From an uncultured Clostridia bacterium (GTDB lineage Bacteria; Bacillota; Clostridia; Oscillospirales; Acutalibacteraceae): a DNA stretch of 64,000 nucleotides. The stretch spans positions 3,664-67,663 of the forward strand of contig CAMVTS010000001.1 of the NCBI GenBank assembly GCA_947170465.1. Direction: 5' to 3'. Below the pieces are notes generated by a model that searched no databases, was not told where the DNA came from, and saw nothing but the letters and a program-made list of their open reading frames with translations. Both the position numbers and the translations under genes were made by a program. Positions 17,314-25,605 of this stretch are shown piece by piece (positions within the stretch are counted from its first letter, which is position 1; each line of letters starts with the position of its first letter).

Positions 17314-19084
17314 CGACCTTCCATGAAACAGAGGACTGATAATCCTTCCACATTTTGTTATAGATACCGTCTTTCTTTAACAGCTCGCCGTGAACGCCCT
17401 GCTCCGATATTCTGCCGTTATCGAGCACGATGATATTATCGCAGCCCTGAATGGTCGAGAGTCTGTGAGCTATCATAATCACGGTTTTATTTTTTGAAAG
17501 CTCCTTAAAGGAGTTCTGCACAAGGTATTCGTTTTCGGGATCGGCAAAGGCAGTCGCTTCGTCAAGCACGACTATCGGCGCGTCCTTAAGAACAGCGCGA
17601 GCGATCGCGATTCGCTGCTGCTCGCCGCCCGAGAGATACACGCCCTTTGCTCCGATGACGGTATTTATGCCGTCGGGGAGCTTTTCTATAATATCCGTAC
17701 ACTGCGCTTTTTCGAGGGCAAGCATGACCTCTTGCTCGGTGGCATCGGGACGCGACAACCTGACGTTTTCGAGAATAGACCTTTTTAAGAGCTTGCTGTC
17801 TTGGAACACATACGACACCGTGTTCATCAGTTCTTCCTTTGGAATATCCTTAACATTTACGCCGCCGATTTTTACCGCGCCGTTTTGAACGTCCCAAAAG
17901 CGCGCGATAAGCCCCGCGACGGTGGTTTTGCCTCCGCCCGAGGGTCCGACAAGCGCAAGCGAGGTACCGCTTTTTACCTCAAAGCTCACGTTATCCAAAG
18001 CGAGCTTTTCACCGTCATAGGAGAAGCTGACGTTTTCAAACGCAACGGAATTATCGTCCGGGGTTATATTCTTATCCGTGTTTTCAAAGGGCTTTCTGTT
18101 GAGCACGGAATCGATCCTGTCAAACGCGTCCGCTACGGTCATATTGCCCTCGCTCATAAACATTACCCTCTGCATCGTTGTGACGATCACAGGCGTGATG
18201 ATAACATAGAACAGGAAGTTTAGAATTATATTGCTTGTCACATTCGCTCCGCCGTTTGAGAGAATCAGCGCGAGCGCGATCAAAAAGGCGAACGCGCTGT
18301 TGATGAACAGCATAAAGAACAGCATAGGCTGACGGCAGCGTTTTGTGTAGGCGATACAGAATTTGTAGTAGTTTTGGATCGACGCCTTGAAGCGTGAGAA
18401 CGAGTGCACCGTCTGACCGAAGGTTTTGACTACGGGAATACCGCGCACATACTCGACAGCCTCGTTGTTCATATCCTCGAGCGCGTTGTTATACAGGCGC
18501 ATATCCTCCTTCATCGCGGGACCGATCATCTTGCCCATACACAAAAACGCGAGGATAATAGGCAGGATAGACACCAGCCCGAACCGCCAGTCAACCACGA
18601 ACATCATTACGACCATTCCGAGCGGCGTTGCTATCGCGCCCGCCATATCGGGGAGATTGTGCGCGAGGTAGGTTTCCGCCGCGGCGGAGGAATCGTTGAT
18701 GATTTTGCGGAGCTTGCCGCTGCCCATTTCATCAGAAAAGCCGAGCGGCAGCTTGGAAATATGCTTTAATAATTTTCGCTTGATATTGCTGCCGATCCTG
18801 AACGCGCTGACGTGCGAGCACATTAACGCGCCGAAATAAATCACAAGCGCGGCAGCCGAGAACACGACCGCCATTATGCCGTTTTGTACGATCGAAGTCG
18901 CCTTTGAAAAATCGGGCGCGACCTCAAGCACTTCTCTGATGATAAAGAAGATGTACACAAGCGGCAAAAGCGCCGTAAGTGCGCTGAGGAATGATAATAT
19001 CCACGACATATATGTCAAAATCTTATAGCTGCCAGCGTATTCCATCAGTCGTGAAAACGCGGACGGTTTATTTTCTTTTTTCAA
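17297..19084 (-). CDS. ABC transporter permease/ATPase (exporter fold), subunit 1
   Basis: 595 aa. GPSGGGKTT, LSGGEQQRIAIARA and VVLDEATAFAD. Confidence 0.9.
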   Translation of the reverse strand: MKKENKPSAFSRLMEYAGSYKILTYMSWILSFLSALTALLPLVYIFFIIREVLEVAPDFSKATSIVQNGIMAVVFSAAALVIYFGALMCSHVSAFRIGSNIKRKLLKHISKLPLGFSDEMGSGKLRKIINDSSAAAETYLAHNLPDMAGAIATPLGMVVMMFVVDWRFGLVSILPIILAFLCMGKMIGPAMKEDMRLYNNALEDMNNEAVEYVRGIPVVKTFGQTVHSFSRFKASIQNYYKFCIAYTKRCRQPMLFFMLFINSAFAFLIALALILSNGGANVTSNIILNFLFYVIITPVIVTTMQRVMFMSEGNMTVADAFDRIDSVLNRKPFENTDKNITPDDNSVAFENVSFSYDGEKLALDNVSFEVKSGTSLALVGPSGGGKTTVAGLIARFWDVQNGAVKIGGVNVKDIPKEELMNTVSYVFQDSKLLKRSILENVRLSRPDATEQEVMLALEKAQCTDIIEKLPDGINTVIGAKGVYLSGGEQQRIAIARAVLKDAPIVVLDEATAFADPENEYLVQNSFKELSKNKTVIMIAHRLSTIQGCDNIIVLDNGRISEQGVHGELLKKDGIYNKMWKDYQSSVSWKVGENNA

Positions 19085-19987
19085 TTACATCAGCTCCTTG
19101 ATAAAGGTTTTCAGCTTCTGATACGAAGCCTTGCTTTCGGGCATATAGTTTTGATAGAGCACATAGCTGTGGAACATTCCGGGCTGAGTTTCAAGCCTGA
19201 CGTTCACGCCCGCGCTTTTTGCTTTGTTATAAACTGCAAGCGTATCATCGAGCAGCATTTCGTGCTCGCCCGCGAATAACATCATCGGCGGAAAACCGCT
19301 GTAATCGGCAAACGCGGGAGATACATACGGACTTTTCCGGTCAGCGTCGCCGATACATTCAAAGAGGTAGCTGTCGAGCAGCTTTTGGCGTGTCACCTTA
19401 TCAAATACGCCCTTTTTATCACCGATTTCAACATCCTTTTTATAATTGATTGCATAGCTTTTGCCCGAGGCTGTCATATCCGTCCACGGAGAAAGGAAAA
19501 AGCAGCCGCGCGGCAATTTCCGGTTTTCATCACGTAGCTTTAAGAGCATTGCGAGCGCGAGGTTGCCGCCCGAGGAATCGCCCCCGACTATGATGTTTTC
19601 CGGCTTTGCGTATGTTGTGATAGCTTTCCACAGATCAAGCGCCTCGTTAAGCTGTGTGGGGTATTTATATTCGGGAGAAAGCTTATAATCCAACAGAATT
19701 ATCTCCGCTCCGTTTATTAAGTCGCAAAACGGCGCGCAGAAATCGCGGTAATTATACGTTAAACCGCTGATATAACAGCCGCCGTGAATGTAATATATCA
19801 CCTTGCCCGAAGGTTTTACATTCTCCCTGCGAAGTCGCTGATACTTTGTGCCGCTCTTTGTGCACAGGCACTCGAGCGTATAGCCTTTCTTTGGTTTTGT
19901 ATGCGAATACTTCTGCGACATCCGCTTCATTTTTTGTTCCATTTCGGGATGTGCTATCGGGTTAATGTTCTGCATCCGCGTCATCAT
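19085..19987 (-). CDS. alpha/beta hydrolase (HSL / Abhydrolase_3-type esterase)
   Basis: YIHGGCYISG (HGG oxyanion motif) and GGDSSGGNLA (GDSxG nucleophile). RBS GAGGTG precedes ATGATG 19987. The track ORF runs to 20044, which would overlap araC. Confidence 0.8.
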   Translation of the reverse strand: MMTRMQNINPIAHPEMEQKMKRMSQKYSHTKPKKGYTLECLCTKSGTKYQRLRRENVKPSGKVIYYIHGGCYISGLTYNYRDFCAPFCDLINGAEIILLDYKLSPEYKYPTQLNEALDLWKAITTYAKPENIIVGGDSSGGNLALAMLLKLRDENRKLPRGCFFLSPWTDMTASGKSYAINYKKDVEIGDKKGVFDKVTRQKLLDSYLFECIGDADRKSPYVSPAFADYSGFPPMMLFAGEHEMLLDDTLAVYNKAKSAGVNVRLETQPGMFHSYVLYQNYMPESKASYQKLKTFIKELM

Positions 19988-19997
19988 CTTAAAAAAT

Positions 19998-20999
19998 TCA
20001 CCTCTTACCGAGGACATTATTATCACCTTCCGTTTTATTCTCAAATTTACATCTTCTGCGATACTCCAAGGGAGATACCTTATACCTCTCCTTAAAAGCC
20101 GCTCCGAATTTCGGTTGGCTTTTGTAACCTACGCTCAGCGCAATATCAATTACCTTTTTGTCTGTTTGCGCAAGTAAATCAGCGGCTCTTTTCATTCGTA
20201 GATTTTGCTGAAACTCAGCATAGCCACATCCGTAAACACCGCGAAAATAGGTTTTCAGGCTTGTTTCGCTCACACCGAAATCTGCCGCTAATTCTTTCGC
20301 GGTATAGCGTATATCTAAATCGCCGGAAATTTTATCATATACTCTTTTAGCTATTTCCGATTGCGTTGAAGTATAGAAGCTTCTTTTTTGTTTTCCGTTG
20401 GTGAAATCCTTGTATTGCAGAGCAAACAGCAGCTCCAAAAATTTTAAGTACACTCTCGTATAGTCCGCTTGGGACTCAATCAGACTGCCGATACCTTCGG
20501 CAATGCTTTTTGTTTCATAATCTGTCTGTATTATCTGCGGTCTGCTGTGTTTTTTGCAGTTCTCCGCAAGAGTATTTGGAATCTCAACGCTTTCTCCGAG
20601 TAAGGTTAAATCATTGCGCCAATCGCTGTCTAAAAATATAAAAATCTCGATTCCTGTGTATTCGGCGTTGGGATAATAAAAGGTGTCTGTCGCCTGACCC
20701 GTATCAACGGCAAGCTCTCCGCCTGAAAGATAGGTGTGTTCACCGTTGTTTAAAGAAAGCTCACATCTGCCGCTTTGGCAGTAATTTATTTTCAGGTAAC
20801 GCGTATCGTCAATTGTACTTGAAAAATCCGGGATAGTATGGGAGTGAATCTCTATTCTTTGCACCATAACATAAGGAGAGAAAAACACGGTTGTCAGATT
20901 TCCGCCATTATTATCAAGAGGCACATACATTCTTCGCCTTTTTGAATTGTATTCAGCGCCGCGGATTTTAAGAAACGGCTCTAAAAAATCTCTGTTCAT
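19998..20999 (-). CDS. AraC-family transcriptional regulator (N-terminal cupin-like sensor, C-terminal double HTH)
   Basis: 333 aa. C-terminal region AKELAADFGVSETSLKTYFRGVYG...IALSVGYKSQPKFGAAFKERYKVSPLEYRR. Confidence 0.85.
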   Translation of the reverse strand: MNRDFLEPFLKIRGAEYNSKRRRMYVPLDNNGGNLTTVFFSPYVMVQRIEIHSHTIPDFSSTIDDTRYLKINYCQSGRCELSLNNGEHTYLSGGELAVDTGQATDTFYYPNAEYTGIEIFIFLDSDWRNDLTLLGESVEIPNTLAENCKKHSRPQIIQTDYETKSIAEGIGSLIESQADYTRVYLKFLELLFALQYKDFTNGKQKRSFYTSTQSEIAKRVYDKISGDLDIRYTAKELAADFGVSETSLKTYFRGVYGCGYAEFQQNLRMKRAADLLAQTDKKVIDIALSVGYKSQPKFGAAFKERYKVSPLEYRRRCKFENKTEGDNNVLGKR

Positions 21000-21000
21000 A

Positions 21001-22446
21001 TTAACTCCTGCTCGCGAAATTTACCTTGCGTTCACAACAATCTTCAATGAATTCGCTATCGTGCGTAACGATGACGACAGTCTTTCCCAAATCTCTTAAT
21101 TGCCTCATCAGCGTGGCAATCTCTTTCATATGCCCATAGTCAAGACCGCTTGTCGGTTCATCAAATAATATATAATCCCGTTCTGAAGCAACCGCACAGG
21201 CAATGGCGAGCCTTTGCTTTTGACCTCCCGACAACGCCATCGGGTGACGTTCTTTATAACAAACAAGGTCAACGCTTTCGAGTATTTTGAGCGCCTTATC
21301 TTCATTCGGTTCGGGCAGACTGATCATCACCTCTTCAAGCACGCTGTCGGTGAACAGCTGGTGGTTCGTGTCCTGCATAACCATAAAGAAGCTGTTCAGT
21401 CTGTTTCTTCGCTTAAAAGGCGCGCCGTCAATTATTATATCGTCCTTGCTTCGCCTTTCCAAGCCGCACAGGCAGTTCAAAAAGGTCGTTTTTCCTTCAC
21501 CGTTAGCAGCGGTAATCGCGGTGATTTTTCCAAGCGCAAGCTTCATATTATGAATATCTATAATATAATTTCCCGCTTTTGAACGGGTGAAAAAGCCTTG
21601 CTTATAGCCAAATTGCAGGCTTTTTATGGTGAGCATTTTATCATCCGTTGTTACAGCGGGCAACTCTATTTCCGTAGGCGCGGGCGAATGGGCGCTTCGT
21701 AAACCTAATTTACTCAAATCATTATCGCTTAACTTATTCAGCTCATTCTTATTATAATCTTTGATGATTTTTCCGTCATTCATTAAAACCACTCTGTCAA
21801 TCATATCCCAAAGATAAAACAGTCGATGCTCCGCCGCGATGACGGTTCTTCCTTGCCTGACCCACTGCGCGATTAGCTGCCTCAGCTGCATTGTCGCGTG
21901 ATAATCAAGATTTGCCGAAGGCTCGTCAAGCAAGATAATCTCAGGCTTGCCGACCTCAATTGAAGCGCAGGCAATCTTCTGCTTTTCGCCGTCGGACAGG
22001 TGAAAAATACTCCTGTTCATTAGGTTATTTATCCCGAAGCTCTCAGCGGTTTGTTTAATTCTGCTTTTGATTGTTTCGGGTTCAATGCCGAGATTCTCAC
22101 TTAAAAAAGCGAGTTCGCTTGTGGTGTCTACATTAAAAAACTGCGACCTCGGATTTTGGAAAACCGTGCCGATTTTCTCGGCTGACTCGCAAAGAGGCTT
22201 ATCGTTGACAGGTTCGCCGTCAATCATAACCTCTCCCTCAAGCTTGCCTGAATAGTAATGTGGAATCAAGCCGTTGATTAGTCTTAAAAGCGTGCTTTTA
22301 CCGCAGCCCGAAGGGCCTGTAAGAAGCACAAAAGACCCCTTTTCTATTATTAAATTTATATTGCTCAGGCTTCCGTTTAACTCAGCACTTGATTCGTCGC
22401 TGTTTTCGGAAAGATATGTAAAACCGACGTTATTTAGTTCAATCAT
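21001..22446 (-). CDS. ECF transporter fused double ATPase (EcfA-EcfA')
   Basis: Two NBDs (GPSGCGKST ... LSDGEKQK ; NGEGKTT ... LSGGQKQRLAIA). ATG 22446 forms an ATGA overlap with the ecfT stop (track start 22494). Confidence 0.85.
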   Translation of the reverse strand: MIELNNVGFTYLSENSDESSAELNGSLSNINLIIEKGSFVLLTGPSGCGKSTLLRLINGLIPHYYSGKLEGEVMIDGEPVNDKPLCESAEKIGTVFQNPRSQFFNVDTTSELAFLSENLGIEPETIKSRIKQTAESFGINNLMNRSIFHLSDGEKQKIACASIEVGKPEIILLDEPSANLDYHATMQLRQLIAQWVRQGRTVIAAEHRLFYLWDMIDRVVLMNDGKIIKDYNKNELNKLSDNDLSKLGLRSAHSPAPTEIELPAVTTDDKMLTIKSLQFGYKQGFFTRSKAGNYIIDIHNMKLALGKITAITAANGEGKTTFLNCLCGLERRSKDDIIIDGAPFKRRNRLNSFFMVMQDTNHQLFTDSVLEEVMISLPEPNEDKALKILESVDLVCYKERHPMALSGGQKQRLAIACAVASERDYILFDEPTSGLDYGHMKEIATLMRQLRDLGKTVVIVTHDSEFIEDCCERKVNFASRS

Positions 22447-23186
22447 AGCTTCACAACCTCCCCAAAATGAATCCCAAACAGACTCAACACCCAAACCAAA
22501 TAAGCGCAGAGACAGAGAAGTAAAAGTAAAATATCCTGAATTCTAAACCGGGTATCACAGACATTCGTGCGCTTGCGCGGGGAATCCAAGCCCCGCGTCA
22601 GTGCAGCGGCAGAAAGCTCGTCACCGATTTTAAGAGAGCACATCAGAACCGGAATCAGTCTGTATTCTAAAATACCCGCCGACTTTCTTCCGCCGAAGCG
22701 TACGCCGCGCATTTTCATCGCCTTGTTAATCGCGTGAACCTCTTCCTTAACCGTTGGAAAGAAGCGAAAGATAACCGACATCGGAATTGTAATCGCATCA
22801 GGTATAAAGAGCTTTTTCATTCCGGTGATAAATTCGCTTGCGGTTGTGCTTGAAATGACATAAATACTCATCAACGCGCAAGGGAGAAGTCCTGTAACTA
22901 TTCCTGCGACAATAAACAACATAATATGAAGCACACCATCCGAGCCTGAAGACAATGCCGACCACGCGATTATTACCGCTATATACGCCAACAATCCAAT
23001 AATACCCGCCTTAAAATTTTTGGATATGAACAGCAGGAAAAGAGAAACCAGTGGAAATATCAAAGTGAATATTTCCGCGTCTTTTCCTCCTAACCCGCCC
23101 ATTAAAAAGGCAGGAAGCGTTACCAAAAGCATAAGCTTTGTTATCGGGTTGATAAAGCTTTTCTTTCCGTAATCACCTTTTAACAT
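22443..23186 (-). CDS. ECF transporter transmembrane (T) component, CbiQ/EcfT family
   Basis: Polytopic. ATG 23186 shares one base with the TGA of the S-component gene (track start 23294). Confidence 0.8.
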   Translation of the reverse strand: MLKGDYGKKSFINPITKLMLLVTLPAFLMGGLGGKDAEIFTLIFPLVSLFLLFISKNFKAGIIGLLAYIAVIIAWSALSSGSDGVLHIMLFIVAGIVTGLLPCALMSIYVISSTTASEFITGMKKLFIPDAITIPMSVIFRFFPTVKEEVHAINKAMKMRGVRFGGRKSAGILEYRLIPVLMCSLKIGDELSAAALTRGLDSPRKRTNVCDTRFRIQDILLLLLCLCAYLVWVLSLFGIHFGEVVKL

Positions 23187-23779
23187 CAGACAATTCCAGC
23201 CTTTGCAAAATGCTTTTTCATTATTTTCAGTCCAAGCAAGCCGCCGAGAATCCCAAAGACTATACAAAGCGCAATCAACACAGGCGCAGTCCAAATTTGG
23301 AAAATGCTCTTTGCCGAGGAAATAAACTCCTCGCCATAGTCAGCGTTTTGCTGCCAATATGCGTCCGCCATAAAAATCAGCGGGATGTAGCTTCCGAACA
23401 ACCAAGTGCAAAATATACCGTGTGCTATTACCGTGTGTTTTTTGCTTTTGTATGCTCCGAGTTTTAAAATGATTTCTGTCACAATTCCCGACACAGCGCA
23501 CACAGGCAGCGCGTACCAGCCCATTCCCGTAATCATTAACAGTAATCCGAGCAACATACTCATAATAAAAACCATACCGAGTTTTTTTACTTTTGTAGCA
23601 AACAGCATCCACGGGATACCGCCGAATACCGGGATAATTACGCAGTATAAGGGCATTAAAACGGGGATAAACCCAATAGGCATAACAGCCATAGTAATGA
23701 TAAATATAATTGCGGTGAAGATACCGATATTGATTAAATCTCTTCCGCCGATAAAGTTCTTTTTTGTTTGATTACTCAT
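23186..23779 (-). CDS. MptD / Trep_Strep-family putative ECF S (substrate-capture) component
   Basis: 197 aa, strongly hydrophobic, with a basic C-terminal motif LKIMKKHFAK. Directly followed by T and AA' components. Confidence 0.65.
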   Translation of the reverse strand: MSNQTKKNFIGGRDLINIGIFTAIIFIITMAVMPIGFIPVLMPLYCVIIPVFGGIPWMLFATKVKKLGMVFIMSMLLGLLLMITGMGWYALPVCAVSGIVTEIILKLGAYKSKKHTVIAHGIFCTWLFGSYIPLIFMADAYWQQNADYGEEFISSAKSIFQIWTAPVLIALCIVFGILGGLLGLKIMKKHFAKAGIV

Positions 23780-23916
23780 GTGAAACTCCTTTGTTTTTTA
23801 TTGCCGGCAGTATACAAGTTATCATAAGCTAACTGAAAAGTCTATACCCGTACAGCCGAATTGTTCCACATAGCGGCGAGATAATTGATGCTATCTTTTC
23901 AATATCAAACATATCG

Positions 23917-24006
23917 GTTAGGCACAGCTAACCTATAATCAAAAAAATAACAGGCAAGATGTTATTTGCCTGTTAAGATTATAAATGATAACTATGTTTT
24001 TGTCAA
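23917..24006 (-). promoter_or_regulatory. regulatory module copy B: TTGACA-17-TATAAT promoter, stem-loop + U-tract, GTTAGC-type palindrome
   Basis: -35 at 24006..24001, -10 at 23983..23978, hairpin aacaggcaa/ttgcctgtt at 23949-23974 followed (minus strand) by attttttt, palindrome gttaggcacagctaacct at 23917-23934. Confidence 0.5.
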
Positions 24007-24205
24007 TCTTTCAACACACCCCTTACGGCAGTAACGATTCTGTCATAAGGGGAATGTTTCTGTATATTCTATTTGCTCTGATACCGTCAATAATTCTCAG
24101 CAGAGATTTCAAAGTAAATCTGAGTACGGAATCAAACAGGGAAAACCGTGCCGCATAAGAATTATCCTGATAATATCGAATACCTTGAATAAGAGCAATT
24201 GTTCT

Positions 24206-24766
24206 TTATAATATTTCCGCTACTACTCTGCACGGAAGTCCTGTCATCTCAACGTAGTTCATCGGATAGGTATTTGCAAGAAAATGTCCACCGTTATCAA
24301 GCACTGCTTTCAGATTACAAAGTTTTTCGATGATGAAAACGCCTCTGTCAGCACAGTATTGGTCTTTAGGAGTATGCTCCTTGCCGCGTCTTACTCCCGC
24401 AAAATCAACGCCTATGATCGAAACGCCTTTGTCAAGCAGCGCGTCGATTAGCTCATTCGACAGCTGAGGGTGTTCGGTGAAATATACCTTGCCGCCGTAA
24501 CCGATTTTTTCAATAAAGCCTGTATAAAACGAAACGAACATATCGCTTTCAACTTTGTCAAGGTCGATGTCACAGACGTCAATATCTCGGTCGGTAACCT
24601 CTGACACATCAAATACGACGCCTTTTCTCCTCGTATATTCTAACGGAAACTCCTTGTTCATAACGTCAAAGTGTGTACCGAGATGCCCGACAAGCGCTTT
24701 TTTCTCATTACCCTGCGCGTCGGTTATCATTTTGGGTGTTATTTTTAAAGTAATATCAATCAGCAT
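24206..24766 (-). CDS. cyclase-family (arylformamidase-like) protein
   Basis: 186 aa. VGHLGTHFDVMNKEF resembles the HxGTHxDxPxH cyclase-family motif. Confidence 0.5.
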   Translation of the reverse strand: MLIDITLKITPKMITDAQGNEKKALVGHLGTHFDVMNKEFPLEYTRRKGVVFDVSEVTDRDIDVCDIDLDKVESDMFVSFYTGFIEKIGYGGKVYFTEHPQLSNELIDALLDKGVSIIGVDFAGVRRGKEHTPKDQYCADRGVFIIEKLCNLKAVLDNGGHFLANTYPMNYVEMTGLPCRVVAEIL

Positions 24767-24844
24767 TTTATTCCCTTCTTTTTCTAATTCATATCCTCAA
24801 TTTAATCTCAAATAAATTAGACTTTACTGTATATTCTTCTTTAA

Positions 24845-24868
24845 GATTGCAAGATTGCAAGGCTGCAA
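24845..24868. repeat. 3 x 8-bp tandem repeat (gattgcaa gattgcaa ggctgcaa)
   Basis: Read directly. Lies ~80 nt upstream of the cyclase start. Confidence 0.6.
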
Positions 24869-24916
24869 GTGGGTGTACGGGTTTGCATTCTTATTTTAGT
24901 TGTTCAGCACCAAACT

Positions 24917-24948
24917 AAAAGCTGCCTTGATTATCCAAGACAGCTTTT
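24917..24948. terminator. bidirectional hairpin at the right island edge
   Basis: aaaagctgccttg-attatc-caagacagctttt. Confidence 0.5.
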
Positions 24949-25024
24949 CTGTATCCTATTCAGTTTTCGTTTTTTCCGCTAAGGATATCGCCCTTTCGGG
25001 GACGGCTTTGCTTATGTATGATTT

Positions 25025-25183
25025 ATACTATTCTTAAATAAAATCCTTAAACAGCTGTTGCGTAAAATTCCGCATAACTGCGTTGTCGTCCTCGGAATCC
25101 GTCAGGATTCCTGCGTCCTCCGCCTTGTTCTGCGAAATTTTCCGCTAACTTCTGTTTTTAAGTCTTTTAATTAAGAATAGTAT
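25025..25183. repeat. 159-bp palindromic MITE-like element
   Basis: Perfect 13-bp terminal IR atactattcttaa / ttaagaatagtat. Inner hairpin ggaatcc-gtca-ggattcc. Inner direct repeat gcgtaaaattccgcataac / gcgaaattttccgctaac. Confidence 0.45.
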
Positions 25184-25602
25184 TATTGCTCCGGTTCCAG
25201 CAGGGAAAGGAGTCTTTGATAAAAACCGGGATTCGCACGGCGCAGCGATACCGGACGGAAATCGCTGTTGACAAAGCAGTGCAGCGTATGACCGGTGGCA
25301 GCAATCTCGCCGTTTTGGTTGCGCGCTGTGTAGGTGTACGCCATCTTTGCGCCGTTAAAGGAGGTCAGCCTGACCTCAATATCGAGCACCTCGTCAAATC
25401 GGGTGGGAAGATGGTAACGCGCATAAGCGTCCACATTCGGGATAATCACACCCTCCTGCTCCAGCTCCTTGACGTCGCAGTTGTTCTCACGCATAAACGC
25501 GAGACGCGCTTCCTCAAAATAACGGATATAATTGGAGTGGTGAACAATGCCCATCTGGTCGGTCTCGTAATAATTTGCCCTGCGCTTGTAAATCATTCCC
25601 AT
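25183..25602 (-). CDS. acyl-CoA thioesterase, 4HBT/YbgC hotdog family
   Basis: 139 aa. YYETDQMGIVHHSNYIRYFEEAR. Confidence 0.85.
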   Translation of the reverse strand: MGMIYKRRANYYETDQMGIVHHSNYIRYFEEARLAFMRENNCDVKELEQEGVIIPNVDAYARYHLPTRFDEVLDIEVRLTSFNGAKMAYTYTARNQNGEIAATGHTLHCFVNSDFRPVSLRRANPGFYQRLLSLLEPEQ

Positions 25603-25605
25603 CGC

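Larger units (their letters stand above)
3305..24966. mobile_element. integrated mobilizable element (large-serine-recombinase IME, Tn4451-like mobility module plus transport cargo); ends uncertain by tens of bp
   Basis: Composition shift judged by eye. Gene set is LSR + TnpW-like + relaxase/MobC + DUF927 helicase-like + sigma factor. No T4SS or phage structural genes. The right edge is marked by a terminator hairpin and an 18-bp repeat (24949-24966) that matches 4963-4980 in inverted orientation. Confidence 0.6.

Noticed and set aside
3305-24966. Possibility that the AT-rich island is a prophage or a conjugative ICE.
   Set aside because: No capsid, portal, terminase, tail, holin, T4SS (VirB4/VirD4-like) or pilus genes are present. 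Only recombinase, relaxase/MobC and a helicase-like protein are found, so it fits a mobilizable element.
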